Source: an uncultured Erysipelotrichaceae bacterium
Lineage (GTDB): Bacteria > Bacillota_I > Bacilli_A > RF39 > UBA660
Reading direction: 5' to 3'
DNA: 47,633 bases
Assembly: GCA_902784095.1 (NCBI GenBank)
Contig: CACZTK010000060.1
Location: forward strand, 1-47,633
Part shown: positions 9,009-18,709 of the stretch, piece by piece
How the letters are laid out: each line of letters begins with the position of its first letter
Position numbering within the stretch: the stretch's first letter is position 1
Program-made: the position numbers and the translations under genes
Notes under the pieces: generated by a model
The model's input: the letters and a program-made list of their open reading frames with translations, nothing else
Told to the model about the DNA's origin: nothing
Database searches by the model: none

Positions 9009-11299
9009 CAAAGAAAAAGACAAAGAAAAAAACAGGGAGTAAGGTAGTATTTTCATCTATATTACTATTACTAGTTATAGGAGTTATATGTTTCCTATTT
9101 GTTCCATTATTTAAAAATTTAAATTTTGGATTAGATTTACAGGGAGGATTTGAAGTTTTATACAAGGTTAAAAGTATTGATGGTTCTAAAATGAACAAAG
9201 AAAAATTAACTGCTACATATAAAACATTAAGTAAAAGAATTGATTCACTTGGAGTTAGTGAACCAGAAATTATCCTAGAGGGTAGTGACAAAATTAGAGT
9301 AAAACTTGCTGGAGTAAAAGATGCAGAAGCTGCTCGTAAACAACTATCTACAGTTGCTACATTATCATTTAGAGATACAGATGACAAATTATTAATGTCA
9401 AGTGATGTATTAAAAGCAGGTGGAGCAAAAGTTTCTCAAGATTCTGGAGGTAATCCTGCAGTATTATTATCTGTTAAAGATAAAGATAAATTTTATGATG
9501 TTACAAATAGATTATCTAAAACAGAAAATAAAACTATGGTTATTTGGTTAGATTATGAAGAAGGAAAAGATTCATATTCTAATGAACAAGGTAATTGTGG
9601 TACAGACGCATCTAGTTGTTTAAGTGCTGCTACTGTTTCACAAGGTTTTGCAAGTGATGTAATTATTCAAGGTGGTTCGACACATCCTTTTACACAAGAG
9701 CAAGTACAAAACTTAGTTGATTTAATTAATAGTGGATCACTACCATCAAAAGTTACAGAAATATCATCTAAGACTGTTGGTGCATCTTTTGGAGATTCAA
9801 CATTATCAAAAACATTAGTTGCAGGTATTGTTGGTATTTCATTAATTATCTTAATAATGATTAGTGTATATCATTTTGCTGGATTTATATCAAGTCTTGC
9901 TATTATGTTATATACATTCTTAGTATTTGGTGTGTTCTGGTTAATTGGTGGTGTTTTAACATTACCTGGTATTGCTGCATTAGTACTTGGTATTGGTATG
10001 GCAGTAGATGCTAATGTTATTACATTCTCAAGAATAAAAGATGAATTATATAGTGGTAAGAGCTTACAATATGCATTTAAAGAAGGTTCTAAAACATCTT
10101 TAAGAGCAATCCTAGACTCAAATCTTACAACACTTTTAGTAGCAATAATTATGTTCTATTTTGGTGAAAGTAGTGTTAAGGGATTTGCTACAGTATTAAT
10201 CATTACTATATTAGTAACAATGTTTACTATGGTATTTATTACAAGAGTTTTATTAAATTTATTTATTAAGACTGGATATTTTGATAATAAAACTAATATA
10301 TTTATTAAAGTTAAGAAAAAGGATATTCCTGATGTATCTAAAGGTGAAGAAGTTATTAAAAATCCATTTAAAAATGTTAATTTCTTATCAAAAACAAAGA
10401 TTTTTGCAAGCCTTTCAGTAATTATAATTATTGTTGGTGGAATATTCTTAATGACAAAAGGATTTAATTTAAGTGTTGATTATAAAGCAGGTAGTGATAT
10501 TACTATTGAAACTGATGCAAAATTAACTGAAAAACAAATTAAACAAGATATAAAAGAATTAAACTTGAAAGCTACAGATATTACTGTTACTAAAGATGAA
10601 GCTATGATCAAAGTAACTAATGTCTTAGATCAAGATAAAGTAGTAGGAGTAAATAAATATTTTGAAGAAAAATATCAAGCAAAGGTAAATATTGGAGTTG
10701 TATCTAATGTTGTTAAACAAGAACTTATAAAGAATGCAATATTATCAGTTTTACTTGCTATGATAGGTATAATAATTTATATTTCAATAAGATTTAAATT
10801 CAGTTATGCAATTTCATCTGTTGTTGCACTTGTACACGATGTTTTAATGATATTTGCAGTATTTGCTATTACAAGATTAGAAGTATCTACAATGTTTATC
10901 GCAGCAATTCTTGCTATAATCGGATATTCTATTAATGATACAATTGTATGTTTTGATAGGATAAGGGAAAATATTTCAAAAACTAAGAAAGTTACAAGTG
11001 ATAATATTAAAGAAATATGTAATGAAAGTATAAAAGAAACATTTACAAGAACTATTTATACAACAATTACAACATTACTTCCAATACTTGCACTTATATT
11101 CTTAGGTTCAAGTGGAATATTTACATTTAATATTGCTATGTTAATTGGATTAATTGTTGGTACATATTCATCAATCTTCATAGCGACAGCATTATTTGCA
11201 TATTTAGAAGCTAAAGCTTTAAAAAATCCAAATAAGAAAAGTAAAAAAGTATATAAAGATGATTTTGAAGAAAAGAACATTAAAGGGGTTAATTGCTAG
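9005..11299 (+). CDS. secDF: protein translocase subunit SecDF (fused)
   Basis: The 764-aa protein has about 12 TM helices. It has a SecD-type start (LGLDLQGGFEV), a large first external loop and a SecF-type C-terminal half. Confidence 0.9.
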   Translation: MTKKKTKKKTGSKVVFSSILLLLVIGVICFLFVPLFKNLNFGLDLQGGFEVLYKVKSIDGSKMNKEKLTATYKTLSKRIDSLGVSEPEIILEGSDKIRVKLAGVKDAEAARKQLSTVATLSFRDTDDKLLMSSDVLKAGGAKVSQDSGGNPAVLLSVKDKDKFYDVTNRLSKTENKTMVIWLDYEEGKDSYSNEQGNCGTDASSCLSAATVSQGFASDVIIQGGSTHPFTQEQVQNLVDLINSGSLPSKVTEISSKTVGASFGDSTLSKTLVAGIVGISLIILIMISVYHFAGFISSLAIMLYTFLVFGVFWLIGGVLTLPGIAALVLGIGMAVDANVITFSRIKDELYSGKSLQYAFKEGSKTSLRAILDSNLTTLLVAIIMFYFGESSVKGFATVLIITILVTMFTMVFITRVLLNLFIKTGYFDNKTNIFIKVKKKDIPDVSKGEEVIKNPFKNVNFLSKTKIFASLSVIIIIVGGIFLMTKGFNLSVDYKAGSDITIETDAKLTEKQIKQDIKELNLKATDITVTKDEAMIKVTNVLDQDKVVGVNKYFEEKYQAKVNIGVVSNVVKQELIKNAILSVLLAMIGIIIYISIRFKFSYAISSVVALVHDVLMIFAVFAITRLEVSTMFIAAILAIIGYSINDTIVCFDRIRENISKTKKVTSDNIKEICNESIKETFTRTIYTTITTLLPILALIFLGSSGIFTFNIAMLIGLIVGTYSSIFIATALFAYLEAKALKNPNKKSKKVYKDDFEEKNIKGVNC

Positions 11300-11312
11300 G
11301 AGGTGAAATCCT

Positions 11313-13475
11313 ATGACAAAAACAAAGGATTCAACTACTATTGATGATCTAGTGGTAAGATTAAAAACATATATTACAAACGAAGAAGAATTAGAAGATA
11401 TAAAATGTGCATACTACTTTGCAGAAAAAATGCATGCTGGACAATTTCGTAAAAGTGGAGAACCATATATAGTTCATCCAATAAATGTTGCAATAATTCT
11501 AACAACTATTTCAGCAGATAGTGATACTATAAAAGCAGCATTAATGCATGATGTATTAGAAGATACTGAGTGCACTGCAGAAGATATGGAAAAAGAATTT
11601 GGTAGTGAAGTTACAAAGTTGGTTCAAGGAGTTACAAAACTTTCAAAAATCAACTTTTCTACTGAAAATGAGTATTTAATAGATTATTATAAAAAAATAA
11701 TTGTAGGTATGAGTGAAGATGTTCGAGTTATAATTATAAAACTGGCTGATAGATTACATAATATGAGAACACTTTGGGCACTTCCTGAAGCAAAACAAAA
11801 AATAAAAGCTAAAGAGTCATTAGAAATACTTGCACCTATTGCTCATCATTTAGGTATTCATAAGATAAAAAGTGAATTAGAAGATTTATCACTTCGCTAC
11901 TTAAAACCTGATGTATTCTATGATATTGCAGAAAAATTAAATAAAACTAAATTAGAACGTGACAAAACAGTTTATGAGATGATGGATGTTGTTACAAGCC
12001 TATTAACAGAACATAATATCGTTCATGACATAAAAGGACGTTCTAAGAGTATTTATAGTATCTATAATAAATTAAATAAAGGAAAGAAATTTTCAGATAT
12101 TTATGATTTACTAGGATTACGTATTCTAGTTAATACTGAACAAGAATGCTATTTAGCATTAGGAATTATTCATTCTAAGTTTAGACCACTACCAAAAAGA
12201 TTTAAAGACTATATAGCGATGCCAAAACCAAATATGTATCAATCACTACATACGACAGTTTTTGGACTTGATGGTTACTTATTTGAGATTCAAATAAGAA
12301 CACATGAGATGGATGAAATTGCTGAAAATGGTGTTGCATCTCATTGGGCATATAAAGAACATAAAGATGCTAAGACTACAATGCAAAATACCACAGAACA
12401 AAAATTACAATTCTTTAAATCAATAATGGACTTAAACAATGATAAGATGAGTAGTGAAGAGTTTGTTCATAGTGTAAAAGATGAAGTATTAAATAATAAT
12501 ATATATGTATTTACTCCTAAAGGTGATGTAATGGAACTTCCAAAAGGTTCTACACCAATAGATTTTGCCTATAAAATTCATACAAGAGTTGGTGAAACGA
12601 CTGTAGGAGCAATTGTTAATAATAGTATTGTACCTCTTAACTATGAACTTAAGAATAATGATATAGTAAAAATTAATACAAATAAGAATGCTGCACCATC
12701 TAAAGAGTGGTTAAAAATTGCAAAAGCAACACAAACTAAGAATAAAATTAAGAGTTATTTTTCTAAGAATGAAAGAGAATTATATATTGAACGAGGAAAG
12801 TATACACTTGATACAGCTTTAAGAAAGAGAAAAATAACAAATACTGATTTCTATAGTGATGAGAATATTAAAAAGATATTAGATACTCTAAAACTAAAAG
12901 ATTTAGATGATTTATATTTAAATATTGGTAATGGAAGACATTCATCAAATACAGTAATTAATATTATTGATACATATGTAGAAACAGCGCCACCAAAAGT
13001 TGCTAAGATGCAGATAAAACCAGACTATAATGTTGATACAGATTTGATAGTTGCAGGTATTGATAAAGTTAGAGTAGGCCTTGCTAATTGCTGTAGTCCT
13101 GTTTATGGTGATGAAATAATAGGATTTATTACTAAAGGAAATGGTATAACAGTTCATAGAAGTAATTGTCATAATATTTCGATGTTAGAGGAACGAATCG
13201 TTAATGTTAATTGGAATGAATTTGCTGAAACTAATAAGAAATATTTTACATCACTAGTTATATATACAACTGAGATGGATAATAAAACAGCTGATATTGT
13301 CGCAAAAACTGCATCTATAAATATTAATATAGATGGAATTAAAACAATTGGTAAAGATAAAGGAATTATTTATTCAATTGATGTTTATGTTAGAGATATC
13401 GAGCAATTAAACAAGTTAGTACTTGAATACAATAAACTATCATATGTTAGTAGAGTAGAGAGGTTAATGCGATGA
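11313..13475 (+). CDS. relA: bifunctional (p)ppGpp synthetase/hydrolase Rel
   Basis: It has the HD hydrolase motif HDVLEDT, the synthetase region DYIAMPKPNMYQSLHTTV, a TGS domain (VFTPKGDVMELPKGSTPIDFAY) and a C-terminal ACT-like domain. Confidence 0.95.
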   Translation: MTKTKDSTTIDDLVVRLKTYITNEEELEDIKCAYYFAEKMHAGQFRKSGEPYIVHPINVAIILTTISADSDTIKAALMHDVLEDTECTAEDMEKEFGSEVTKLVQGVTKLSKINFSTENEYLIDYYKKIIVGMSEDVRVIIIKLADRLHNMRTLWALPEAKQKIKAKESLEILAPIAHHLGIHKIKSELEDLSLRYLKPDVFYDIAEKLNKTKLERDKTVYEMMDVVTSLLTEHNIVHDIKGRSKSIYSIYNKLNKGKKFSDIYDLLGLRILVNTEQECYLALGIIHSKFRPLPKRFKDYIAMPKPNMYQSLHTTVFGLDGYLFEIQIRTHEMDEIAENGVASHWAYKEHKDAKTTMQNTTEQKLQFFKSIMDLNNDKMSSEEFVHSVKDEVLNNNIYVFTPKGDVMELPKGSTPIDFAYKIHTRVGETTVGAIVNNSIVPLNYELKNNDIVKINTNKNAAPSKEWLKIAKATQTKNKIKSYFSKNERELYIERGKYTLDTALRKRKITNTDFYSDENIKKILDTLKLKDLDDLYLNIGNGRHSSNTVINIIDTYVETAPPKVAKMQIKPDYNVDTDLIVAGIDKVRVGLANCCSPVYGDEIIGFITKGNGITVHRSNCHNISMLEERIVNVNWNEFAETNKKYFTSLVIYTTEMDNKTADIVAKTASININIDGIKTIGKDKGIIYSIDVYVRDIEQLNKLVLEYNKLSYVSRVERLMR

Positions 13476-13906
13476 GAGTATTAGTTCAAAGAAGCAAAGC
13501 CTCATCTGTTAGTGTTGATAACAAGGTAGTAGGTAGTATTGAAGAAGGTTATGTAATATTTGTTGGTTTTACCGATACAGATACAGAACAAATAGTAGAT
13601 AAAATGGTTAAAAAAGTGCTTAATTTAAGAATATTAGATGATAGTAATGGTGTTATGAATGAATCAATATTAAATCATAAGAAAGATATTTTATCAATAT
13701 CACAATTTACATTATATGCAGATTCTAAAAAAGGGAATAGACCTAGTTATATTAAAGCACTAAGTGGAGATAAAGCCATAAAATTATATGATTATTTTAA
13801 TAAAGAATTGAAAAAGTATGTAAATGTTGAAACAGGGATTTTCGGTGCCGAAATGGAAGTTAAAATTACAAATGATGGTCCAGTTACCATCTTATTGGAG
13901 GTTTAA
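13472..13906 (+). CDS. dtd: D-aminoacyl-tRNA deacylase
   Basis: Its ATGA start overlaps the relA stop. Motifs: MRVLVQR, SQFTLYAD, GNRPSY. Length is 144 aa. Confidence 0.9.
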   Translation: MRVLVQRSKASSVSVDNKVVGSIEEGYVIFVGFTDTDTEQIVDKMVKKVLNLRILDDSNGVMNESILNHKKDILSISQFTLYADSKKGNRPSYIKALSGDKAIKLYDYFNKELKKYVNVETGIFGAEMEVKITNDGPVTILLEV

Positions 13907-13908
13907 TT

Positions 13909-14964
13909 ATGACAAGTAAATTAAATTATAAATTAATTAACTTAACTGCATTGATGTTACTTTTGTATATCGGTTTTTCAAATGTAGAAGTTTGGATAAA
14001 TGTTTTAACAAAGGCGAGTTCAATACTGTTACCATTCTTAATTGCATTTGCATTTGCATATGCTTTGGAACCAGTTATAAATTATTTAAAGAAAAAAGGT
14101 TTAAAAGAATGGATGGCAGTTCTAATTGTAGTATTAGTAGTAGTTTTAGTATTTATTGGACTTTTAATTGCTACTTTACCACTTATTTATGATCAGTTAA
14201 TGTTACTATCTAAAAATATAGTAGAAATAACAAAAGAATTCTCAAAAGAATATAATATTAATCTTGCTGGATTTAATATTAAAATAACAGATTATATAGA
14301 TGATGCTACAAAGAATATCGGCAGTTTCTTAAGTACTGGTGCAATAGCAGTATTAAATGGTTCATTTAGCTTTATTGGAAGCTTTTTAGTAGGTTTTATC
14401 GCATGGATTTATTTCTTAGCAGATATGGATAATATTAGGGATAAAATAAAAGATGTTACTAGAACTATTTCAGAAAAATTCTTTAATTATATAAAATGTT
14501 TAGATGTAGAAATTGGTAATTATATTAAAGGTTTAGCAATATTTATGGTTATTCAATTTGTTGAATACTCATTTCTTTTCTGGTTAGTAGGACATCCAAA
14601 CTGGTTATTATTAGGAATTCTTGCTTGCATTACAACGGTAATTCCATATTTTGGAGGTTTAATTACAAATATCATTGGTATTATCACAGCATCTGTTGTA
14701 TCAACACCACTTCTAATAGGTACAATAATTATATGTATTGTATTCCCACAATTAGATGGATATGTAATATCACCAAGAATCTATGGTAAAACTAATAATG
14801 TAAATCCACTTATCACAATAATGGCAGTATCTATTGGTGGTTCCCTTGGAGGAATATTAGGAATAATAATTGCTTTACCAGCTTATTTACTTATAAGAGC
14901 GACATATCATTTCTATCATAGAGATTTTGCTAAAAGTGTTAAAAACTTAAAGAAGAACATGTAA
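13909..14964 (+). CDS. AI-2E family transporter (UPF0118/PerM-like permease)
   Basis: The protein is 351 aa with about 8 TM helices. Its layout is typical of the family: LPFLIAFAFAYALEPVINYL near the N-terminus and a PYFGG motif late in the sequence. Confidence 0.75.
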   Translation: MTSKLNYKLINLTALMLLLYIGFSNVEVWINVLTKASSILLPFLIAFAFAYALEPVINYLKKKGLKEWMAVLIVVLVVVLVFIGLLIATLPLIYDQLMLLSKNIVEITKEFSKEYNINLAGFNIKITDYIDDATKNIGSFLSTGAIAVLNGSFSFIGSFLVGFIAWIYFLADMDNIRDKIKDVTRTISEKFFNYIKCLDVEIGNYIKGLAIFMVIQFVEYSFLFWLVGHPNWLLLGILACITTVIPYFGGLITNIIGIITASVVSTPLLIGTIIICIVFPQLDGYVISPRIYGKTNNVNPLITIMAVSIGGSLGGILGIIIALPAYLLIRATYHFYHRDFAKSVKNLKKNM

Positions 14965-14979
14965 GTTCTTCTTTTTTTT
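14951..14979 (+). terminator. rho-independent terminator
   Basis: Stem AGAAGAAC (14951-14958) pairs with GTTCTTCT (14965-14972), spanning the stop codon, followed by TTTTTTT. Confidence 0.75.
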
Positions 14980-15095
14980 GAAAAAACGGATGGAAAACAC
15001 AAACAAAAGCTAATAATATTATATGACTACTTAAAAATAAGTAGTTTTTATTTTGAAAGAGAAAGGATATCAAAATATGGTAGAAGAAAAAATAA

Positions 15096-15263
15096 ATGAA
15101 GAATTTAGCACAGAAAATAAAAATTGGATTTACTAATTTAAATGGATTTTCTGAACGTAATTTAAAGAGAATGAAAAGATTTCATAATGAATACAAAGAA
15201 TATAAGATTGTGCCACAGCTTGTGGCACAATTGCCATGGGGACATAATATTTCTAGACTATAA
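15096..15263 (+). pseudogene. remnant of a DUF1016 (YhcG-like PDDEXK nuclease) gene
   Basis: A 55-codon ORF, MKNLAQKIKIGFTNLNGFSERNLKRMKRFHNEYKEYKIVPQLVAQLPWGHNISRL, matches only the internal GFS.RNL..M..F....(V/I).QLVAQLPWGHN block of ~350-aa DUF1016 proteins. A second short out-of-frame ORF begins at 15077. Confidence 0.6.
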
Positions 15264-15266
15264 TTA

Positions 15267-15980
15267 CTATTTAAAAAACAACATAAAAATATAGCCTATA
15301 ATAAATGATATATATGTTATTTTCTTTTGTTTATATGATAATGAATTAGGAACTAATTCTACTAGTGAAATATAAATCATAATTCCTGTAGTTAAAGCTA
15401 GTATAATGCCGATAAAACTATCATTTATATACCTATACATAAATATATAAGTTAGTAGTGCACCTAAAAACTCAGAAAAACCAGATATTATAGTATAAAA
15501 CCAAGCTTTTTTCTTACTGTTAGTAGAATAATATATAGGTACTGAAATAGATATTCCTTCTGGTATATTATGAAATATTATTGATAAAGCAAGTTGTAAT
15601 CCTAGATTAATGTTAATAGTAGTAGTACTAAAGGTTAAAATACCCTCAGGAATATTATGAATCATTAAAGCAATAGAATTCATAATACCTAGTTTATATA
15701 GTTTATTATCTATATTTTTTAAGATCTTATTAATTATTTTTGATATTAATATACCTATAAGTACAAAAAGTATTACTGACAACAAATTATTTGTTAGGTT
15801 AAAACTCTCTATTAATAAAGAATTTATAGAAACCGATAACATAACACCCGCAGCAAATGCTAATGATAATGATATTAGTATATTTATATTTTTAATTTTA
15901 AAATATATAGGTATTAAGCCAAGTAAAGTAGATAAACCAGCTATAAAAGTAACTAAAAAAGAAAAAAATACGATATTCAT
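15267..15980 (-). CDS. ZIP family metal (zinc) transporter
   Basis: It has about 8 TM helices and two HNIPEG(I) motifs (MIHNIPEGILTF, IFHNIPEGISIS), as in ZupT/GufA. Confidence 0.85.
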   Translation of the reverse strand: MNIVFFSFLVTFIAGLSTLLGLIPIYFKIKNINILISLSLAFAAGVMLSVSINSLLIESFNLTNNLLSVILFVLIGILISKIINKILKNIDNKLYKLGIMNSIALMIHNIPEGILTFSTTTININLGLQLALSIIFHNIPEGISISVPIYYSTNSKKKAWFYTIISGFSEFLGALLTYIFMYRYINDSFIGIILALTTGIMIYISLVELVPNSLSYKQKKITYISFIIGYIFMLFFK

Positions 15981-16074
15981 ATTATTTATATATTAGTTAT
16001 AACTGCAAATATTCTTAAATTTCTTGATAAAATAAGAAAAATATGGTATTTTTAAAGCAAATGGTGGTGGTAGT

Positions 16075-16671
16075 GTGATTTTTAAAGAATATAGGGATGA
16101 TTATGATCTATTAGAGAATATAACACCAATTGGATTAGACACACTTGAATTATTAGAAAATTACTTAGATTATGCAATACATACTACGATTATTAAACAA
16201 TTACCTGATATTGATGATGAAAATGAAAAATTTTGGGCTAAAGAAATACTAACTGGATACATCAAAGAGGGTACTAATTCATTTACTTCTAAATATAATA
16301 TCAGATCTAATATGAATGATATAGATTTAAGAGATATAATTCATATATTTATGAAAAATTCTATAGAATATATGGTTTATAAAGAACTAGTATTACGTGA
16401 AGAAGAAATTTATCCTGAAGAACACGTTGTATCACTTATATATGATAAATTAAATTATAATGAATATGATAGTGCTTTAAAAATAATTACTACAAATCCA
16501 CAATATAAAAAAGCATTAATTAGAAATTATATAACATTCAAATATGGAAAACATAATAAAGATAAAATATATATGCTAGCGAGCTGTGGTAAATCAGAAA
16601 AAGGTTTAACTGCTTTAAAGAATTTAGAATTTCATATAAGTGATAGTTCTAAGGTAGAGGGAAGGTTGTAA
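16075..16671 (+). CDS. hypothetical protein (198 aa)
   Basis: It has a GTG start after GGTGGTGG. It ends 4 nt before queH. I recognise no motif. Confidence 0.7.
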   Translation: MIFKEYRDDYDLLENITPIGLDTLELLENYLDYAIHTTIIKQLPDIDDENEKFWAKEILTGYIKEGTNSFTSKYNIRSNMNDIDLRDIIHIFMKNSIEYMVYKELVLREEEIYPEEHVVSLIYDKLNYNEYDSALKIITTNPQYKKALIRNYITFKYGKHNKDKIYMLASCGKSEKGLTALKNLEFHISDSSKVEGRL

Positions 16672-16675
16672 AAAA

Positions 16676-17284
16676 ATGAATTATGATTTAGTAATGGAAA
16701 ATCAGATAAAGGAAATTGGCAATAATATACCAACATTACTATTACATGCTTGTTGTGCACCATGTTCATCTGCTTGTATTGAACGTTTATCAAATATTTT
16801 TAAAATAACAATTCTTTATTTTAATCCAAATATTTCAGATGAAAAAGAGTATCAAAAAAGATTAGATGAACTACATAAATTTGTATCAAGTTTTAAAACA
16901 AAATATGAAGTAAATATAATAGATGGAAGATATAATCCAGATGAATTTTTCAAAATGAGTGAAGGATTAGAAAAAGAACCAGAAAGAGGAGCAAGATGTT
17001 ATAAATGTTATTATCAAAGATTAGAAGAAACAGCTAAAGTAGCAGAACAAAATAATTTTGATTTTTTTGCAACAACGCTTTCACTTTCACCATATAAAAA
17101 TAGTAATTGGATTAATGAAATAGGAGAAAACTTAGATAAAAAATATAATAGTACTTATTTATATTCTGATTTTAAAAAGAAAAATGGATATAAAAGAAGT
17201 ATAGAATTATCTAAAGAATATGATTTATACAGACAAGATTATTGTGGGTGTATATATTCAAAAAGAAATAAAATAGGAGATTAA
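16676..17284 (+). CDS. queH: epoxyqueuosine reductase QueH (DUF208)
   Basis: Motifs LLLHACCAPCSS, TLSLSPYKN and DYCGCIYS; about 200 aa. Confidence 0.85.
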   Translation: MNYDLVMENQIKEIGNNIPTLLLHACCAPCSSACIERLSNIFKITILYFNPNISDEKEYQKRLDELHKFVSSFKTKYEVNIIDGRYNPDEFFKMSEGLEKEPERGARCYKCYYQRLEETAKVAEQNNFDFFATTLSLSPYKNSNWINEIGENLDKKYNSTYLYSDFKKKNGYKRSIELSKEYDLYRQDYCGCIYSKRNKIGD

Positions 17285-17285
17285 T

Positions 17286-18464
17286 ATGGAATTATTTTCA
17301 GGGGATAAGGAAGTTATTAAAAAAGATATATTAGAATTAACTGATGCAGTTAATCACAGTAGAAATAGTTCTGAGTCAATGCATATTTATAATTTGCTTC
17401 AAACACTTAGTTATTTCTATAGTTTTTTTGATGAAAAAGGATATGATTATTTTAAAAAAAGTACTTATAATTTTAAAGATTTCGTTTCAAAACAAGATGC
17501 AATTTTTAGTAGTAAATTAAAAAGAGCAAATAAAAATTATATTGAGAATAAACTATTTCATCAAGAATTTATAGATTCATTAATGGATGGTAAAACAATA
17601 GAATATCCTACTAGTTTACTAGCTATAACAAATGATTATGATTTTAATGATAAAGAAATGTATGATATATTAACTAGTTTTTTAAATTCTTATAATAGAG
17701 GTTCTAATAAACTATTAGATCAGTTAATTGAGGAAAAAAGAATCCATAAAACATCTTTATATGGTGATACAAGAGGAATAACAATATCTAATTATTATTT
17801 AGAAAATTATCATGTATTTATATCAGATGAAGATAATTTAGAATCCTTAATAGCGCTTGTACATGAATTTGGACATGTAGTAGATTCCAATAATTTATTA
17901 CATAGTTTTCCAAAAAAAGTAGCCTACAATTACTTTATAAAATCATCATTTTTAGAGACTATTTCATCATTGTATGAAAAAGATTTTTGCGATTTTCTAA
18001 TAAAAGAAAAGATATATCCTAATGCTACTAGAGAGTATTTAGTTGATTATTATCACTCTATGTATACTATGTTTGATTATGCAGAAATTACTGCTAGTTT
18101 GCCTGATAATTTGTTAAAAAATCAAAAATATAGATGTATTAGTAAAGAAAAATTAATAGAAAAATTATATGAAACAAATTATTATGTTAATGAAGAGGAT
18201 ATGCCATATCCCTCAGAGTTAGAAATGTATAGTGATATAGAATATGGATATGGTAAGTTTCTAGCCACTTATTTTTCTTATTTAAAAAAGCATGATACTA
18301 CTAAGTTTAGTGAACAATTTGATAGATTTTTAAATATTAGAGGAGACTATTTTAGACCTGATTTTTTAGAATATATTGGTACTAATAGAAATGATGCTAT
18401 AAAAATAGTGGAAGAAGAAATTAACTCTTCTACTAGTAAAGTAATTGTCAAAAAAACTATATAA
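17286..18464 (+). CDS. putative zinc metallopeptidase (HExxH, M3/oligoendopeptidase-F-like but shorter)
   Basis: It has LVHEFGHVVD with helical surroundings. It starts 1 nt after the queH stop. The family assignment is tentative. Confidence 0.45.
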   Translation: MELFSGDKEVIKKDILELTDAVNHSRNSSESMHIYNLLQTLSYFYSFFDEKGYDYFKKSTYNFKDFVSKQDAIFSSKLKRANKNYIENKLFHQEFIDSLMDGKTIEYPTSLLAITNDYDFNDKEMYDILTSFLNSYNRGSNKLLDQLIEEKRIHKTSLYGDTRGITISNYYLENYHVFISDEDNLESLIALVHEFGHVVDSNNLLHSFPKKVAYNYFIKSSFLETISSLYEKDFCDFLIKEKIYPNATREYLVDYYHSMYTMFDYAEITASLPDNLLKNQKYRCISKEKLIEKLYETNYYVNEEDMPYPSELEMYSDIEYGYGKFLATYFSYLKKHDTTKFSEQFDRFLNIRGDYFRPDFLEYIGTNRNDAIKIVEEEINSSTSKVIVKKTI

Positions 18465-18468
18465 TATA

Positions 18469-18497
18469 TTGTTAATAAATAAAAACTATTGTATAAT
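18469..18497 (+). promoter_or_regulatory. sigma-A type promoter of the T-box leader
   Basis: TTGTTA (18469-18474), a 17-nt spacer, then TATAAT (18492-18497). Confidence 0.6.
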
Positions 18498-18500
18498 ATA

Positions 18501-18689
18501 GGTGTCTTCTGCAAGAAGAGTAAATATTTTTATTTTTTAGAGAGTGTATGGTAGGTGTAAATACATAAATATTAATATTGAAAGACACTTGTGTAAGTGA
18601 AGACCAGGTAACTCTGTTATAGGTATTTAAGAAGTAATTAAGGTGGCACCACGAAGAGATTCGTCCTTATGTTGGTGGCATCTTTTTTG
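18501..18689 (+). promoter_or_regulatory. T-box riboswitch leader (transcription attenuation)
   Basis: Stem I has a lower helix CAAG (18512-15) / CUUG (18588-91). The Specifier-loop 5' side is AAGAGUA and the 3' side is GAAAGACA (18580-87). The upper helix is AAUAUU/AAUAUU, with an AGAGA bulge and a GGUAGGUGUAA distal loop. The T-box sequence AAUUAAGGUGGCACCACG lies at 18636-18653. A terminator arm UGGUGGCAUC is followed by UUUUUU (18673-18688). Confidence 0.85.
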
Positions 18690-18709
18690 TTATAAAGGGA
18701 GGAATAATT

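Noticed and set aside
8980-9387. Antisense or alternate-frame ORFs in the track: 293-595, 4524-4709, 8980-9387, 11056-11280, 12945-13172, 13992-14192, 21182-21370, 23091-23288, 24019-24246, 24496-24690, 27517-27777, 27887-28069, 31160-31372, 36571-36801, 38899-39099, 42723-42929, 44852-45055, 45591-45803, 46764-46964.
   Set aside because: Each lies inside or across a much longer ORF with clear homology or better coding features. They lack RBSs and have low-complexity, Ser/Leu/Phe-rich translations typical of shadow frames in AT-rich DNA.
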